A DNA stretch of 46,249 nt from an uncultured Candidatus Bathyarchaeia archaeon. GTDB taxonomy: Archaea > Thermoproteota > Bathyarchaeia > 40CM-2-53-6 > JALHTG01. Positions 34,782-43,490 of this stretch are shown here, in pieces. Made by a program: the position numbers and the translations under genes. The notes below the pieces were generated by a model that saw only the letters and a list, made by a program, of their open reading frames with translations, made no database searches and was not told the DNA's origin. Every line of letters begins with the position of its first letter. The stretch's first letter is position 1. The DNA lies in NCBI GenBank assembly GCA_964528315.1, contig CAZGRO010000002.1:3664-49912 (forward strand), in the 5' to 3' direction.

Positions 34782-35540
34782 GTGTATGTTAGTGCGCATC
34801 CAACCAAAAACGTTAAAGACGATTGCCGAAACCCCTATGAATGGTGTCAAGATACGGCAGTTGAGCATATTTCGGTGGGTAGAGGACAAATCGCGATCAC
34901 ATGGCTTAACGAATACTCTGGGATCTTGGTGAAGTCTCCTCATGTGATCTTAGTGATAGATCCAGTCGAAGTGAATGAAACGGCTCTTTCCGAAGTTGAC
35001 GCAATCCTCATAACCCATGAACATTACGATCATCTTGACGAAGGAACAGTGATAGATACACAGACAAAGTCTAACTGCCAAGTAGTGTGCGATAAGGCAT
35101 CCTACGATAGGTTAAGCTCGGCGATATCATCCGATAAGTTGTCAGCCGCAAACGTACGAGACGAGTTTCAGGTCAAGGATATGCTGGTCACTGCTGAGAA
35201 GAGTTCTCATCCTGCTGAGGCACCGCTGACATATCTCATCACGAGCGAAGACGGGGTGACGCTCTATCATACTAGTGACAGTCTCCCATTCAAAGAGATG
35301 GCCGACATAGGAAGACGATATGGCATTGATGTGTGCCTATGTACAGTTGGTATCGCCCCGAAAGCCACTCCGAGAACTGGTGCGGAAATCGCGGCTCTTG
35401 TGAAACCGGATCTGGCGATTCCCTACCATGGTAATGGCCAAAAAGAATTCGTTGCGATTTTGGCGAAACTCTCTCCTAGCACGAGGTCACGTATTATTAA
35501 GCGTGGAGAGGTGTTTATGTATCCAGACCGAAAGAGGTAG
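34782..35540 (+). CDS. MBL-fold metallo-hydrolase
   Basis: ILITHEHYDHLD is the HxHxDH motif. Start uncertain (GTG 34782 or GTG 34875). Confidence 0.8.
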   Translation: MYVSAHPTKNVKDDCRNPYEWCQDTAVEHISVGRGQIAITWLNEYSGILVKSPHVILVIDPVEVNETALSEVDAILITHEHYDHLDEGTVIDTQTKSNCQVVCDKASYDRLSSAISSDKLSAANVRDEFQVKDMLVTAEKSSHPAEAPLTYLITSEDGVTLYHTSDSLPFKEMADIGRRYGIDVCLCTVGIAPKATPRTGAEIAALVKPDLAIPYHGNGQKEFVAILAKLSPSTRSRIIKRGEVFMYPDRKR

Positions 35541-35546
35541 AGGCCA

Positions 35547-36164
35547 ATGGTCAACGGGAATCGACTGCGAGAAGATATCTGTCGAGTGCTTGTTAAGACT
35601 GGAGCTTTGCGTTTTGGTGCATTCACACTTACCAGTGGGAAGATCAGCCCCTACTACATAGACTTGAGGATTCTTCCAAGTTTTCCTGACACATTCGATC
35701 TCGTGACGAGTGTCTACGAGACAGTTGCAAACGAGAAGGTGGGGACAACGAACTTCGAGCGAATAGCAGGGCTTCCAACAGCTGGAATTCCGTATGGCGC
35801 TGTCTTGGCTTTCAGAACAAAGAAACCTTTCTTGTACGTGAGAAAGGAGGCAAAGACACATGGCAGAGAACGGAGAATAGAGGGACTCCTGTCTCCGGGC
35901 GAGAGAGTTCTGATGGTCGATGACCTGATCACGACGGGTAAGAGCACCCTTGAGGCGATTGAGGCCGTGCGATGTGAAAGTGGTGTTGTTAATGATGCAA
36001 TCGTGCTTATCGACAGAGAAGAAGGAGGCGCTGACGTACTGAAGACGAATGGAGTGACGCTTCATGCCTTTCTCAAGATCACAGAAATCGCAGAGACTCT
36101 TTTTGATATGGGTTCAATAGACAGAAACCGGTTTCAGGATATCATGAAACAGAAAACGACGTAG
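35547..36164 (+). CDS. pyrE: Orotate phosphoribosyltransferase
   Basis: LRFGAFTLTSGKISPYYIDLR and the PRPP-binding motif VLMVDDLITTGKS. Confidence 0.92.
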   Translation: MVNGNRLREDICRVLVKTGALRFGAFTLTSGKISPYYIDLRILPSFPDTFDLVTSVYETVANEKVGTTNFERIAGLPTAGIPYGAVLAFRTKKPFLYVRKEAKTHGRERRIEGLLSPGERVLMVDDLITTGKSTLEAIEAVRCESGVVNDAIVLIDREEGGADVLKTNGVTLHAFLKITEIAETLFDMGSIDRNRFQDIMKQKTT

Positions 36165-36374
36165 CAATTGGAACCTGACTCTCCGTCTAGACTTTCTGGT
36201 CCCCTTTCAAAGATCATCTCTTCCAGCAAGTTGGAAGCTATTTCCAGATGTAGAAGGTTCCGTGAGATGGGCTTCTATCAATGAAATATGTTAAAGGCGC
36301 CTCAGCTACCCCAGGATTGAACTCATTCTTGGTTTATCATCAAGTTCTAGTTATCGTCATTGGCACCGAATATA

Positions 36375-36385
36375 GTGCGTGCGGA
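36375..36385. repeat. 11-nt direct repeat GTGCGTGCGGA, copy 1 (downstream flank of the wHTH gene)
   Basis: Exact copy at 37112-37122 in the same orientation. The following roughly 25 nt are loosely similar. Confidence 0.5.
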
Positions 36386-36546
36386 CTAACACAAAAACAT
36401 ATTCGGAATCAGGATGCTATATGTTTGTGTTGGGAAAGGGATGCGAATCCTTTTTTCGCTGAGGACGCTGAGCACGACAGAGTGGGGCAGGCGTCACTTG
36501 GCTTCTAGGTCCAGAAGTGTCAGATTTGATGTCACAAACATGATTC

Positions 36547-36885
36547 TTATGTAAGTAACATTTTTGAAAGAAATTCTCGAAACGCGTTGGCTCGATAGTA
36601 ATGTGTGTTGAAGCGGTATCGCACTATTGTTTTTCCTCTTGAAGCAATCAGATTCTGTTCAAGCAATCTCCTTAAGTGGTTTGACGCGATTTGTCGTTTC
36701 AGGCCCGTTACTTGGCATATCTTGTATTTGGTGAAGGCGTGGTTTGGATATTTGGCAAGTAGCCTTAAGATTCTAATCCTGGCCTTTGACCCCAAAAGGT
36801 CTTCCATCTCGAAAGCGTAGTGGTCATTTCTGATATTGATTGAATACGCATCATTGTTTATCATGCTCTCCGATTCTCCGAGCAT
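36547..36885 (-). CDS. Winged helix-turn-helix transcriptional regulator (ArsR-like)
   Basis: SKARIRILRLLAKYPNHAFTKYKICQVTGLKRQIASNHLRRLLEQNLI is a wHTH pattern. Sits in an AT-rich islet. Confidence 0.65.
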   Translation of the reverse strand: MLGESESMINNDAYSINIRNDHYAFEMEDLLGSKARIRILRLLAKYPNHAFTKYKICQVTGLKRQIASNHLRRLLEQNLIASRGKTIVRYRFNTHYYRANAFREFLSKMLLT

Positions 36886-36939
36886 CTTGGCCGGAATCTC
36901 CGAAAGACACGGTCAATAAACGAGGTGAATGTTGAGTCA

Positions 36940-36946
36940 ATATAAG
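36940..36946 (-). promoter_or_regulatory. TATA-like box CTTATAT upstream of the wHTH regulator
   Basis: Plus strand reads ATATAAG. Lies 55-61 nt upstream of ATG 36885. Confidence 0.4.
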
Positions 36947-37088
36947 TAGAAGAGAGAAACGAAAGTAATGAAATGCCAAAGATATTTGAATAACAGATCC
37001 CAAAACTCGTTATCCGATAAGATCATCGACAAGATCGAGCCGAGATCCACCTGAACTATATCGTCGAAGACTCAGAAAATCGCGCAAT

Positions 37089-37104
37089 CTTTCATTTATG
37101 AAAG
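37089..37104. promoter_or_regulatory. 7-2-7 inverted repeat CTTTCAT-TT-ATGAAAG, possible operator
   Basis: Perfect 7-bp arms. Lies in the AT-rich spacer upstream of the wHTH gene, 8 nt before repeat copy 2. Confidence 0.3.
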
Positions 37105-37111
37105 CGACTCG

Positions 37112-37122
37112 GTGCGTGCGGA
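37112..37122. repeat. 11-nt direct repeat GTGCGTGCGGA, copy 2 (upstream flank of the wHTH gene)
   Basis: Exact copy of 36375-36385. Confidence 0.5.
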
Positions 37123-37231
37123 ATACTAGCAACATTTCCAATATCTTTCAGCTGAGCTCTAGAATAGTGGCTTCCGTCTGAATATGTCGCACCAATTCTG
37201 ATATTCGCACTAGTGCTGCTGTGCTCACAGG

Positions 37232-38128
37232 CTACCTTCGTCTGCCCTCAGCTCTCAACCTAACTCTTCTCCTCTCAGCCAAGTGAGCTACAATCAGAGT
37301 CACTAGAGGCATAATCACCGCTGCTAAAATCGACAGTTGAGCGAGCCCAACTTGGGCCTCTGAAACAACGGCCTCCCCTCTGAGCGTAGCGAATCCCGGT
37401 GCGATGATTTCTCCAGTCAACTCCATCCAGATTCCGAACGAGGCCACTGATGAGTTGATTTCTCGTCTTGCAACCAAGTCAACGATTCGTCCGACTTTCA
37501 GCATGTAGGCGGTTTCTGCCGTTGTGATATTGTAAATCATATCCCACTTGGAGAGGGGAACGCTCAGGGGTCTGAATCTGAGCATAGTAATATTGCCAGC
37601 AAGGTCAGATGCTCTGTAATGTGTCACTTGGACTGTCCGGTTTTCATAGAACCGCACTCCTGTCATGTTTTCGTATCGTGGAATGACTGGCCGAAAATAG
37701 GCCTTCCCTACCTGATTGTAGTTCACTCCTTCCGCCACGAGGTCATCCAATACCTCCAATGCGCGCCATGTGAAATTGGCGATAATCATATCTTCGCGCT
37801 TTGTGACTGACAAAACATCGAACTTGATGATGCTTTCAATCGTGGTATTTGTGAATGTACACTGAATAGACAAATCTTTCAAGGAGGTCTGTGGCGATCT
37901 TGCTTTTACTTGCTGTTCTATTGTCCGGCTTGCATGACCTAGAGAATCTCCAGAAACTGCAAAACTTCTGTGGAAAAGACTCGTGATATTCTGCGTGAGG
38001 TTTACTGATATGCTTGCATGAACTCGGTCAGGGTGGATTTTGGCTGAGAACGTTGATGCAAACGTGACCGTAGAACCTGTTGAGACAATCATCGCCACCA
38101 GGAATGCTGCTGTGAGCATCATCTTCAT
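37232..38128 (-). CDS. Predicted surface-exposed protein: signal peptide, many N-glycosylation sequons, C-terminal TM anchor with basic tail
   Basis: N-terminus MKMMLTAAFLVAMIVSTGSTVTFA. C-terminal hydrophobic helix followed by ERRRVRLRAEGRRR. At least 9 N-x-S/T sequons. No family recognised. Confidence 0.7.
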   Translation of the reverse strand: MKMMLTAAFLVAMIVSTGSTVTFASTFSAKIHPDRVHASISVNLTQNITSLFHRSFAVSGDSLGHASRTIEQQVKARSPQTSLKDLSIQCTFTNTTIESIIKFDVLSVTKREDMIIANFTWRALEVLDDLVAEGVNYNQVGKAYFRPVIPRYENMTGVRFYENRTVQVTHYRASDLAGNITMLRFRPLSVPLSKWDMIYNITTAETAYMLKVGRIVDLVARREINSSVASFGIWMELTGEIIAPGFATLRGEAVVSEAQVGLAQLSILAAVIMPLVTLIVAHLAERRRVRLRAEGRRR

Positions 38129-38215
38129 TGAAAGGCCTCTAGCTGCTGTTCTCCGTTGGGACCTGCAAATTGATCCTGGTCTTCTATATAGCTTCTTGAC
38201 TTCAGGCGGCAGCTG

Positions 38216-38551
38216 CTATCTGACCTTGGTTCCTGGCGGTACCTCACCGTCAGTGGTCAGCCATATGGGCTTTCCCTGAAGATCTGCTGCCAGCAACATA
38301 CCCCTCGATTCGACGCCAGCAATGGTTTTTGGCTCAAGATTGGTCAGCACGATCACGGTCTTCCCAACAAAGTATTCAGGAGGATAGTAGTCTGCTCCAC
38401 CTGCAATTGTTTGCGTCTGTTCGCCACCCATGTCTATCTGAAGCTTGTAGATCTTCTTCTTTTCAGGGATTCTTTCGGCCTTCAGAACCCTTCCTGTCCT
38501 GAGATCTAGTCTCTGAAATTCAATCAGTTCGATCGTGTTCATCTCGATCAT
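38216..38551 (-). CDS. tRNA-binding domain protein (Trbp111/CsaA/MetRS C-terminal-like OB fold)
   Basis: FQRLDLRTGRVLKAERIPEKKKIYKLQIDMG...VIVLTNLEPKTIAGVESRGMLLAA. Start is probably ATG 38551 or 38542; the track start is 38587. Confidence 0.85.
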   Translation of the reverse strand: MIEMNTIELIEFQRLDLRTGRVLKAERIPEKKKIYKLQIDMGGEQTQTIAGGADYYPPEYFVGKTVIVLTNLEPKTIAGVESRGMLLAADLQGKPIWLTTDGEVPPGTKVR

Positions 38552-38724
38552 CTGGCTCGGTAGATGCGTGATTTGACCTAAAAGCATTTTTCGAGGAAAT
38601 CCTTCATTTGTTCTGGCGCGACCTCGGCATCATTTCTGGGAACACAGTGGCTCAGGTGTTACTAGAACAACGCTCAGGGGTTTAGTGTATGTGCGATATG
38701 CGCAGCTGTTCCCCAGGGACTGAA

Positions 38725-39666
38725 TCACAGTGAAAGGGTGTTTATAACAGCCTCGGCTGCCATCATGCTTGCCGTATTCTGAGCCTCAGCGGTCTGCGCC
38801 CCTATGTGGCTTGTGCATACAGTGACTCCGTCTGGAAGCGTTACAAGCTCCTTTTCCCACACCTCCTCAGGGGGTTCGTTGTGAAAAACGTCTAGTCCTG
38901 CTCCAGATAGGTGCTTTCTCCTGAGAGCTCTAAGCAGAGCACGGCCATCGACAATATCTCCTCGTGAAGTGTTAATAAGAATGCTTCCTTTTTTCATCGA
39001 GTCGATTTTTTTCTCATCAAGCAGGTGATGTGTTGACGAGGAGTACGTTACGTGCACTGTTACTATATCTGAGCGAGCTAGAAGATCATTCAGATTTTCG
39101 GCAACTCTTATTTTCAGATCGGCTGCACGCTGCCTAACGTCAACGATGTCGTAGCCAAGAATGTTCGCCCCGAATCCAGTGCTCAGGATTCTAGCCACTT
39201 CTCCTCCTATCCTTCCTCCAATGCCGATTACTCCAACGGTCTTTCCTTTCAGCTCCCGGCCGAGCAGTTTCGATTTTACCCATTTTCCCTCCTTCATATT
39301 TCTGTCTGCAAGGCTAATCTGGCGAAGGACATCGAGCATAAGCGCAACAGTGAGTTCTGCGACACTGGTAGTTGACGCGGCTGGAGTAGACAGTACTTGT
39401 ATTCCCCTCTGTTTTGCTGATTCCACATCTATGTTGTCCAAACCGACGCCTGCACGAACTATTACCTTGAGTTTTTCTGCAGACCCGATTACCTCTTTGG
39501 TGACCTTTGTACGGCTGCGGACTATCAAAGCATCATATCCAGCAACTGTTCCCAGGAGTTCCTCGCCAGAGATTGTAGGCCTCTCGTCAACCTCCAGTCC
39601 AGCTTTGCGCAACTCATTCGCTCCTTCAGGTTCCAGCGGATCGCAAACAAGGACTTTTGCAGCCAA
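38725..39666 (-). CDS. D-isomer specific 2-hydroxyacid dehydrogenase (D-3-phosphoglycerate dehydrogenase-like, no ACT domain)
   Basis: NAD-binding motif GKTVGVIGIGGRIG. INTSRG, GAGLDVF and SHIGAQT catalytic region. TTG start. Confidence 0.85.
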   Translation of the reverse strand: MAAKVLVCDPLEPEGANELRKAGLEVDERPTISGEELLGTVAGYDALIVRSRTKVTKEVIGSAEKLKVIVRAGVGLDNIDVESAKQRGIQVLSTPAASTTSVAELTVALMLDVLRQISLADRNMKEGKWVKSKLLGRELKGKTVGVIGIGGRIGGEVARILSTGFGANILGYDIVDVRQRAADLKIRVAENLNDLLARSDIVTVHVTYSSSTHHLLDEKKIDSMKKGSILINTSRGDIVDGRALLRALRRKHLSGAGLDVFHNEPPEEVWEKELVTLPDGVTVCTSHIGAQTAEAQNTASMMAAEAVINTLSL

Positions 39667-39687
39667 TTACAGCCCTCCAATTCTCTT

Positions 39688-41058
39688 CTATGTCGCTTGG
39701 GTAGCAACTTCAAGTTTGCGCTCCAAAGCACGTGCGGCAAGCGTAAGAGGATCCCAAACAGCGGAAAGAGGTGGTGCGTAGCAGGTCTCCTTTCTAGCAA
39801 ATTCGTGTACAGTAAGTCTCATGTTCATCGCTAGAGCTGCGAAGTTGGCCCTCCACGTAGCGTTCTCCTCTCCCACTATTTGGGCTCCAATCAACCGCCG
39901 ATCTTCAGGGGCACACAGAAGCTTCACCGTGATCTCCTTCGCATTGGACATGTACGGCAGTCTTGTAGAAGCAGATATGCGAGAGGAGACTGGCATAAGT
40001 CCTAGGTGCTTTGATGTCTCTGTTGTTAATCCTGCGCTCGCCACCTCCAATCCGAATAGCCTTGTGGTTGCTACACCAGTCGAAGGAGAGTACATCTCGG
40101 ATCCGCCTGCAGCATTCGTTCCGGCCACTGTAGCTTGTCTCACAGCGGTGGTCGCGAGTTGCAAGAGCAAATGCCTTCCGGTAATAGCACACTCCGTCTC
40201 GACACAATCACCAGCAGCGTAGATGTCGTCAATGTTCGTCAACATTCGCCTGTCCACAACTATTCCTCCTGCCTTTCCAGTTCTGACTCCTGCTTGTTCC
40301 CAGATCTCAACTTCAGGTTTGACTCTTGTCGCGACAATGATAGTATCCGCTATTATCGACTGCTCACCAGTGAATATCCCTTCGACACGAGTTGTTCCCA
40401 GAACCTGAGTGACTGTCGAATTGCGAATGATTCTTATACCGACTCTCTCTGCTCTTTCTCTGACAATAGTTGCCATATCAGGATCAAGCACGGCGGGAAG
40501 AATCTCAGGCATCATCTCCACCACAATTACTTCCAAATCTCCGACAGCCAATGCCTCCGACATTTCCATGCCTATGAGGCCTGCCCCGATTATCACCGCG
40601 GGGCCTGCGTGCTTCTTTGTGTGCTCTTTCAGTTTTCGCATATCGTCGATAGCACGGATGGTGAAGACCCCTTCTTTCTCAATTCCTTTGATGGGAGGTA
40701 CGGTGGGTGATGCGCCTGTCGCAATCACGAGTGCATCATAGGATAACTGTTTCCGAGTTCCTGTGCGAAGATCAACAGTTTTAATCGCTCTTTCCTGTGA
40801 AAGAAGCTCGGTGCACTCGGTTGAAAGCAACAAATGTACCTTGCTCATAGACTCATAGAAGTTTGCTGGATGGGTGATCAGCGCCTCCAGTGCTGGCACA
40901 ATCCCGGAATATGCATAGGGCAATCCGCATCTGGAATACTCCGGAATGCTTTCCTTTGTGATCAGGAACACCTCAGCAGACCGATCTGTCTTTCTGGCCT
41001 CAATTGCTGCAGTGGTTCCTGCAGCTCCACCTCCTACTACCACAATCCTTCTTGACAT
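39688..41058 (-). CDS. FAD-dependent pyridine nucleotide-disulfide oxidoreductase (NADH oxidase / CoA-disulfide reductase family)
   Basis: VVVGGGAAGTTAA FAD motif, redox Cys in YSRCGLPY, and second dinucleotide motif VIIGAGLIGMEM. ATG at 41058; the track start is 41073 (TTG). Confidence 0.85.
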   Translation of the reverse strand: MSRRIVVVGGGAAGTTAAIEARKTDRSAEVFLITKESIPEYSRCGLPYAYSGIVPALEALITHPANFYESMSKVHLLLSTECTELLSQERAIKTVDLRTGTRKQLSYDALVIATGASPTVPPIKGIEKEGVFTIRAIDDMRKLKEHTKKHAGPAVIIGAGLIGMEMSEALAVGDLEVIVVEMMPEILPAVLDPDMATIVRERAERVGIRIIRNSTVTQVLGTTRVEGIFTGEQSIIADTIIVATRVKPEVEIWEQAGVRTGKAGGIVVDRRMLTNIDDIYAAGDCVETECAITGRHLLLQLATTAVRQATVAGTNAAGGSEMYSPSTGVATTRLFGLEVASAGLTTETSKHLGLMPVSSRISASTRLPYMSNAKEITVKLLCAPEDRRLIGAQIVGEENATWRANFAALAMNMRLTVHEFARKETCYAPPLSAVWDPLTLAARALERKLEVATQAT

Positions 41059-41139
41059 TGGCGGCGCCTCCAAGACAACACATCGAAGAGCTTGTCTTAA
41101 AGGTGCAAATCCAGAAAATGGGGGAAGGTCTGGTTCCTT

Positions 41140-42276
41140 TCACAGCCTCTTGAATCTGGGCCTCAGCTTCTCGAGCACCTGAGGAAGAGTTGTATATTCA
41201 AGTTCGTCAGGCCCCAGTCTCGCAGGCATGAACTCTCCGTGCCTTCGCATGTATTCAGTAACCTTATTGGCGATGGCCCTGGCGTGATCGAAAGCGGGGT
41301 CATCGAATAAATCCGCAGGGTCAGATCCGTGGACACCCACCAAACGTCCTTCACAAATGTTGTAGCCCAATGCAACCACTCTCGGAGGACCATCAAATAA
41401 CGTGCATTTCGCGTTCTTCAGAGCGACGGGCATGAGCGGCCCGTAGTGAGACCCCCTCATGAATCCTGCAACCAAGTGGGGAAAGCCGAACGTCACCAGA
41501 ACCTCTCCAGTAGCCGGCAGACCATGTTGTGTACGCACTATCATTACGGGATCGTCCTTCCCAACGTATTTGCCCGCGATTAGGTTCAAACGTGTTGTAC
41601 TGGAAACGGAAGCAAGCAGTCCATCAGACGTTCTGAATATTCTGTCTATTACGTATCTCCCCGTGGTCCCGATAAGGGCGACAAGGTCATATATCTCTGC
41701 GGGACAGCCCAGATCTACAGTCTTGTTCTCAATCACATCCATGACCCTAAACGTAAAACCTTCGTGCATAGCAGGATCTATCACCAGGCCGGCTGTATTA
41801 TTCGGATCTGCGAATATCCTGAAGAGAGGGAGATTGAAAGCTCCAGGCTCGGTCTTGTCTGCGGCGAAGACTACTATCGGCTCGCTTCTCCTTTCGTCAA
41901 TCTCCATCTCTGCTACTCCAGGCCCCAATCCTTTCACGTTTCCGCTGAAAGTGTCTGAGAGCAGATCTTGGCCAGCGCCATAGAGCTTCATCGGTTTTGA
42001 GACTTTATCGGTTACGTCTCTGAATGTGTTCCAGGCAAGCTCGTGTATTCTCCTGCTGTTCTCGCCATGACGATGCGTCATGAGCAACTCAAGATCATCG
42101 CCACAATTAAACACATGAAAGTCAACTATCGTCCCATCATTCTTTGCCTTCTCCAAACAGGATCGGGCGACCACCATCTGTTCCGGGTGTACCACATGAT
42201 GACCTGCAACAGAACCCACGTCTGCCTTGATTACCGAGACAGTTGTCCTATTGCCACTACTCAAATCGCACACCAT
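41140..42276 (-). CDS. fbp: Fructose-1,6-bisphosphate aldolase/phosphatase (archaeal class V FBPase)
   Basis: 378 aa. VSVIKADVGSVAGHHVVHP N-terminal signature and overall length are typical of the bifunctional FBP aldolase/phosphatase family. Confidence 0.9.
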   Translation of the reverse strand: MVCDLSSGNRTTVSVIKADVGSVAGHHVVHPEQMVVARSCLEKAKNDGTIVDFHVFNCGDDLELLMTHRHGENSRRIHELAWNTFRDVTDKVSKPMKLYGAGQDLLSDTFSGNVKGLGPGVAEMEIDERRSEPIVVFAADKTEPGAFNLPLFRIFADPNNTAGLVIDPAMHEGFTFRVMDVIENKTVDLGCPAEIYDLVALIGTTGRYVIDRIFRTSDGLLASVSSTTRLNLIAGKYVGKDDPVMIVRTQHGLPATGEVLVTFGFPHLVAGFMRGSHYGPLMPVALKNAKCTLFDGPPRVVALGYNICEGRLVGVHGSDPADLFDDPAFDHARAIANKVTEYMRRHGEFMPARLGPDELEYTTLPQVLEKLRPRFKRL

Positions 42277-42487
42277 GACCGCTGTAGTTCTTATTGGTAT
42301 TTACTACTTTCGCAATACTACCTCAGGAGCAGCGCGCGCTCGGATATCTTCTGTTGGCCCTCACAATTGGCGCATCTCAGAGTGGGGCAATTGGCTTGTT
42401 CACCGGTGCCATATTTAAGTGCAAGAAACTAGAGAAAACGCTAGCTACATAACACGCTGCTGTGACCTATTGGCAAGATGACCATAC

Positions 42488-43180
42488 ATGAAGAACAATC
42501 ATGGGCCGATAATAATCGTGAATTTCAAAACTTACCCTGAGTCCACAGGCAAGAAGGCGATGGAACTTTCGAAGATTCTTGAGCAGGTTCACAAGGAAAC
42601 CGGGATCCATATGGTCGTGGCGCCTCAAGCTACGGACATCTTTCTCGTAAGCCAGCAAGTTGAGATACCTGTGTTCGCTCAACATATTGACCCACAACCT
42701 CAAGGAGCACATACTGGTCACAACTCCGCTGAGGCTGTGAGGGAATCTGGAGCTCAGGGAACATTGCTGAACCACTCTGAAAGGCAATTAGGACTCCTAG
42801 CAATCGAGCAATGCATCAGTAGAGCCAGGGCAATGCGAATGACCTCCGTCGTCTGCGCCAACAATGCGATGACAAGCTCAGCATGCGCCGCACTTGAACC
42901 AGACATGATTGCAGTAGAACCTCCAGAACTCATAGGCACTGGAATTGCTGTCTCAAAAGCAAAGCCTGAAGTTATTACTGACACTGTCGCCAAAATAAGA
43001 AGCGTCAATGCGGATGTAGTCATACTATGCGGTGCCGGAATCTCTGAGTCGGATGATGTCTCTTCGGCACTGAGACTCGGAGCACAGGGAATTCTTGTCT
43101 CAAGTTCGATTGTGAAGGCTGAGAACCAGAGGAAAGTGGCGTCCCTCTTTGCCAATGCCCTGCTGCTCCATCATGAGTAG
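42488..43180 (+). CDS. tpiA: Triosephosphate isomerase (short archaeal type)
   Basis: IIIVNFKTYPES, LLNHSERQL, AVEPPELIGTG and ILCGAGIS motifs. Confidence 0.92.
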   Translation: MKNNHGPIIIVNFKTYPESTGKKAMELSKILEQVHKETGIHMVVAPQATDIFLVSQQVEIPVFAQHIDPQPQGAHTGHNSAEAVRESGAQGTLLNHSERQLGLLAIEQCISRARAMRMTSVVCANNAMTSSACAALEPDMIAVEPPELIGTGIAVSKAKPEVITDTVAKIRSVNADVVILCGAGISESDDVSSALRLGAQGILVSSSIVKAENQRKVASLFANALLLHHE

Positions 43181-43490
43181 TCCTGTCTCTGGATTGCCCT
43201 GTCTTCCACCGTCAATAGGTCGAGCTCGACAAGTGCCCGGCTGTCCCAGCTCTTGGTCCTCCTGAATTGATGGGGCACAAAGAAGAGTTAAATGGAGCCA
43301 TGCAAGACGAATAGGAAAACTGCTTAAGGTTGAGCGCATTGAAAAGGAGAATGATAGCATCACTCCTTCTTACGATGGGCTTTAGTTTTCTTTACCTCGG
43401 TAGCTTCACAACGCAGCTGGACGAACTCTGGAAGCTGGTTAAGGCAGTCAGCGAGACCTGTATCGCAGGAATACCGTAGAGAAACTACAG

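Noticed and set aside
42364-42474. CAATTGGC repeated at 42364-42371 and 42388-42395, plus ATTGGC at 42469-42474, in the fbp/tpiA spacer.
   Set aside because: An 8-mer repeat in about 210 bp is not statistically unusual, with a chance of roughly one in three by a rough estimate. I keep it only as a note for motif searches.
43351-43479. 42-aa hydrophobic ORF (MIASLLLTMGFSFLYLGSFTTQLDELWKLVKAVSETCIAGIP) just upstream of the NapH-like gene.
   Set aside because: The GGAG is only 1 nt from the ATG and no family is recognised. It is plausible as a small subunit but unsupported.
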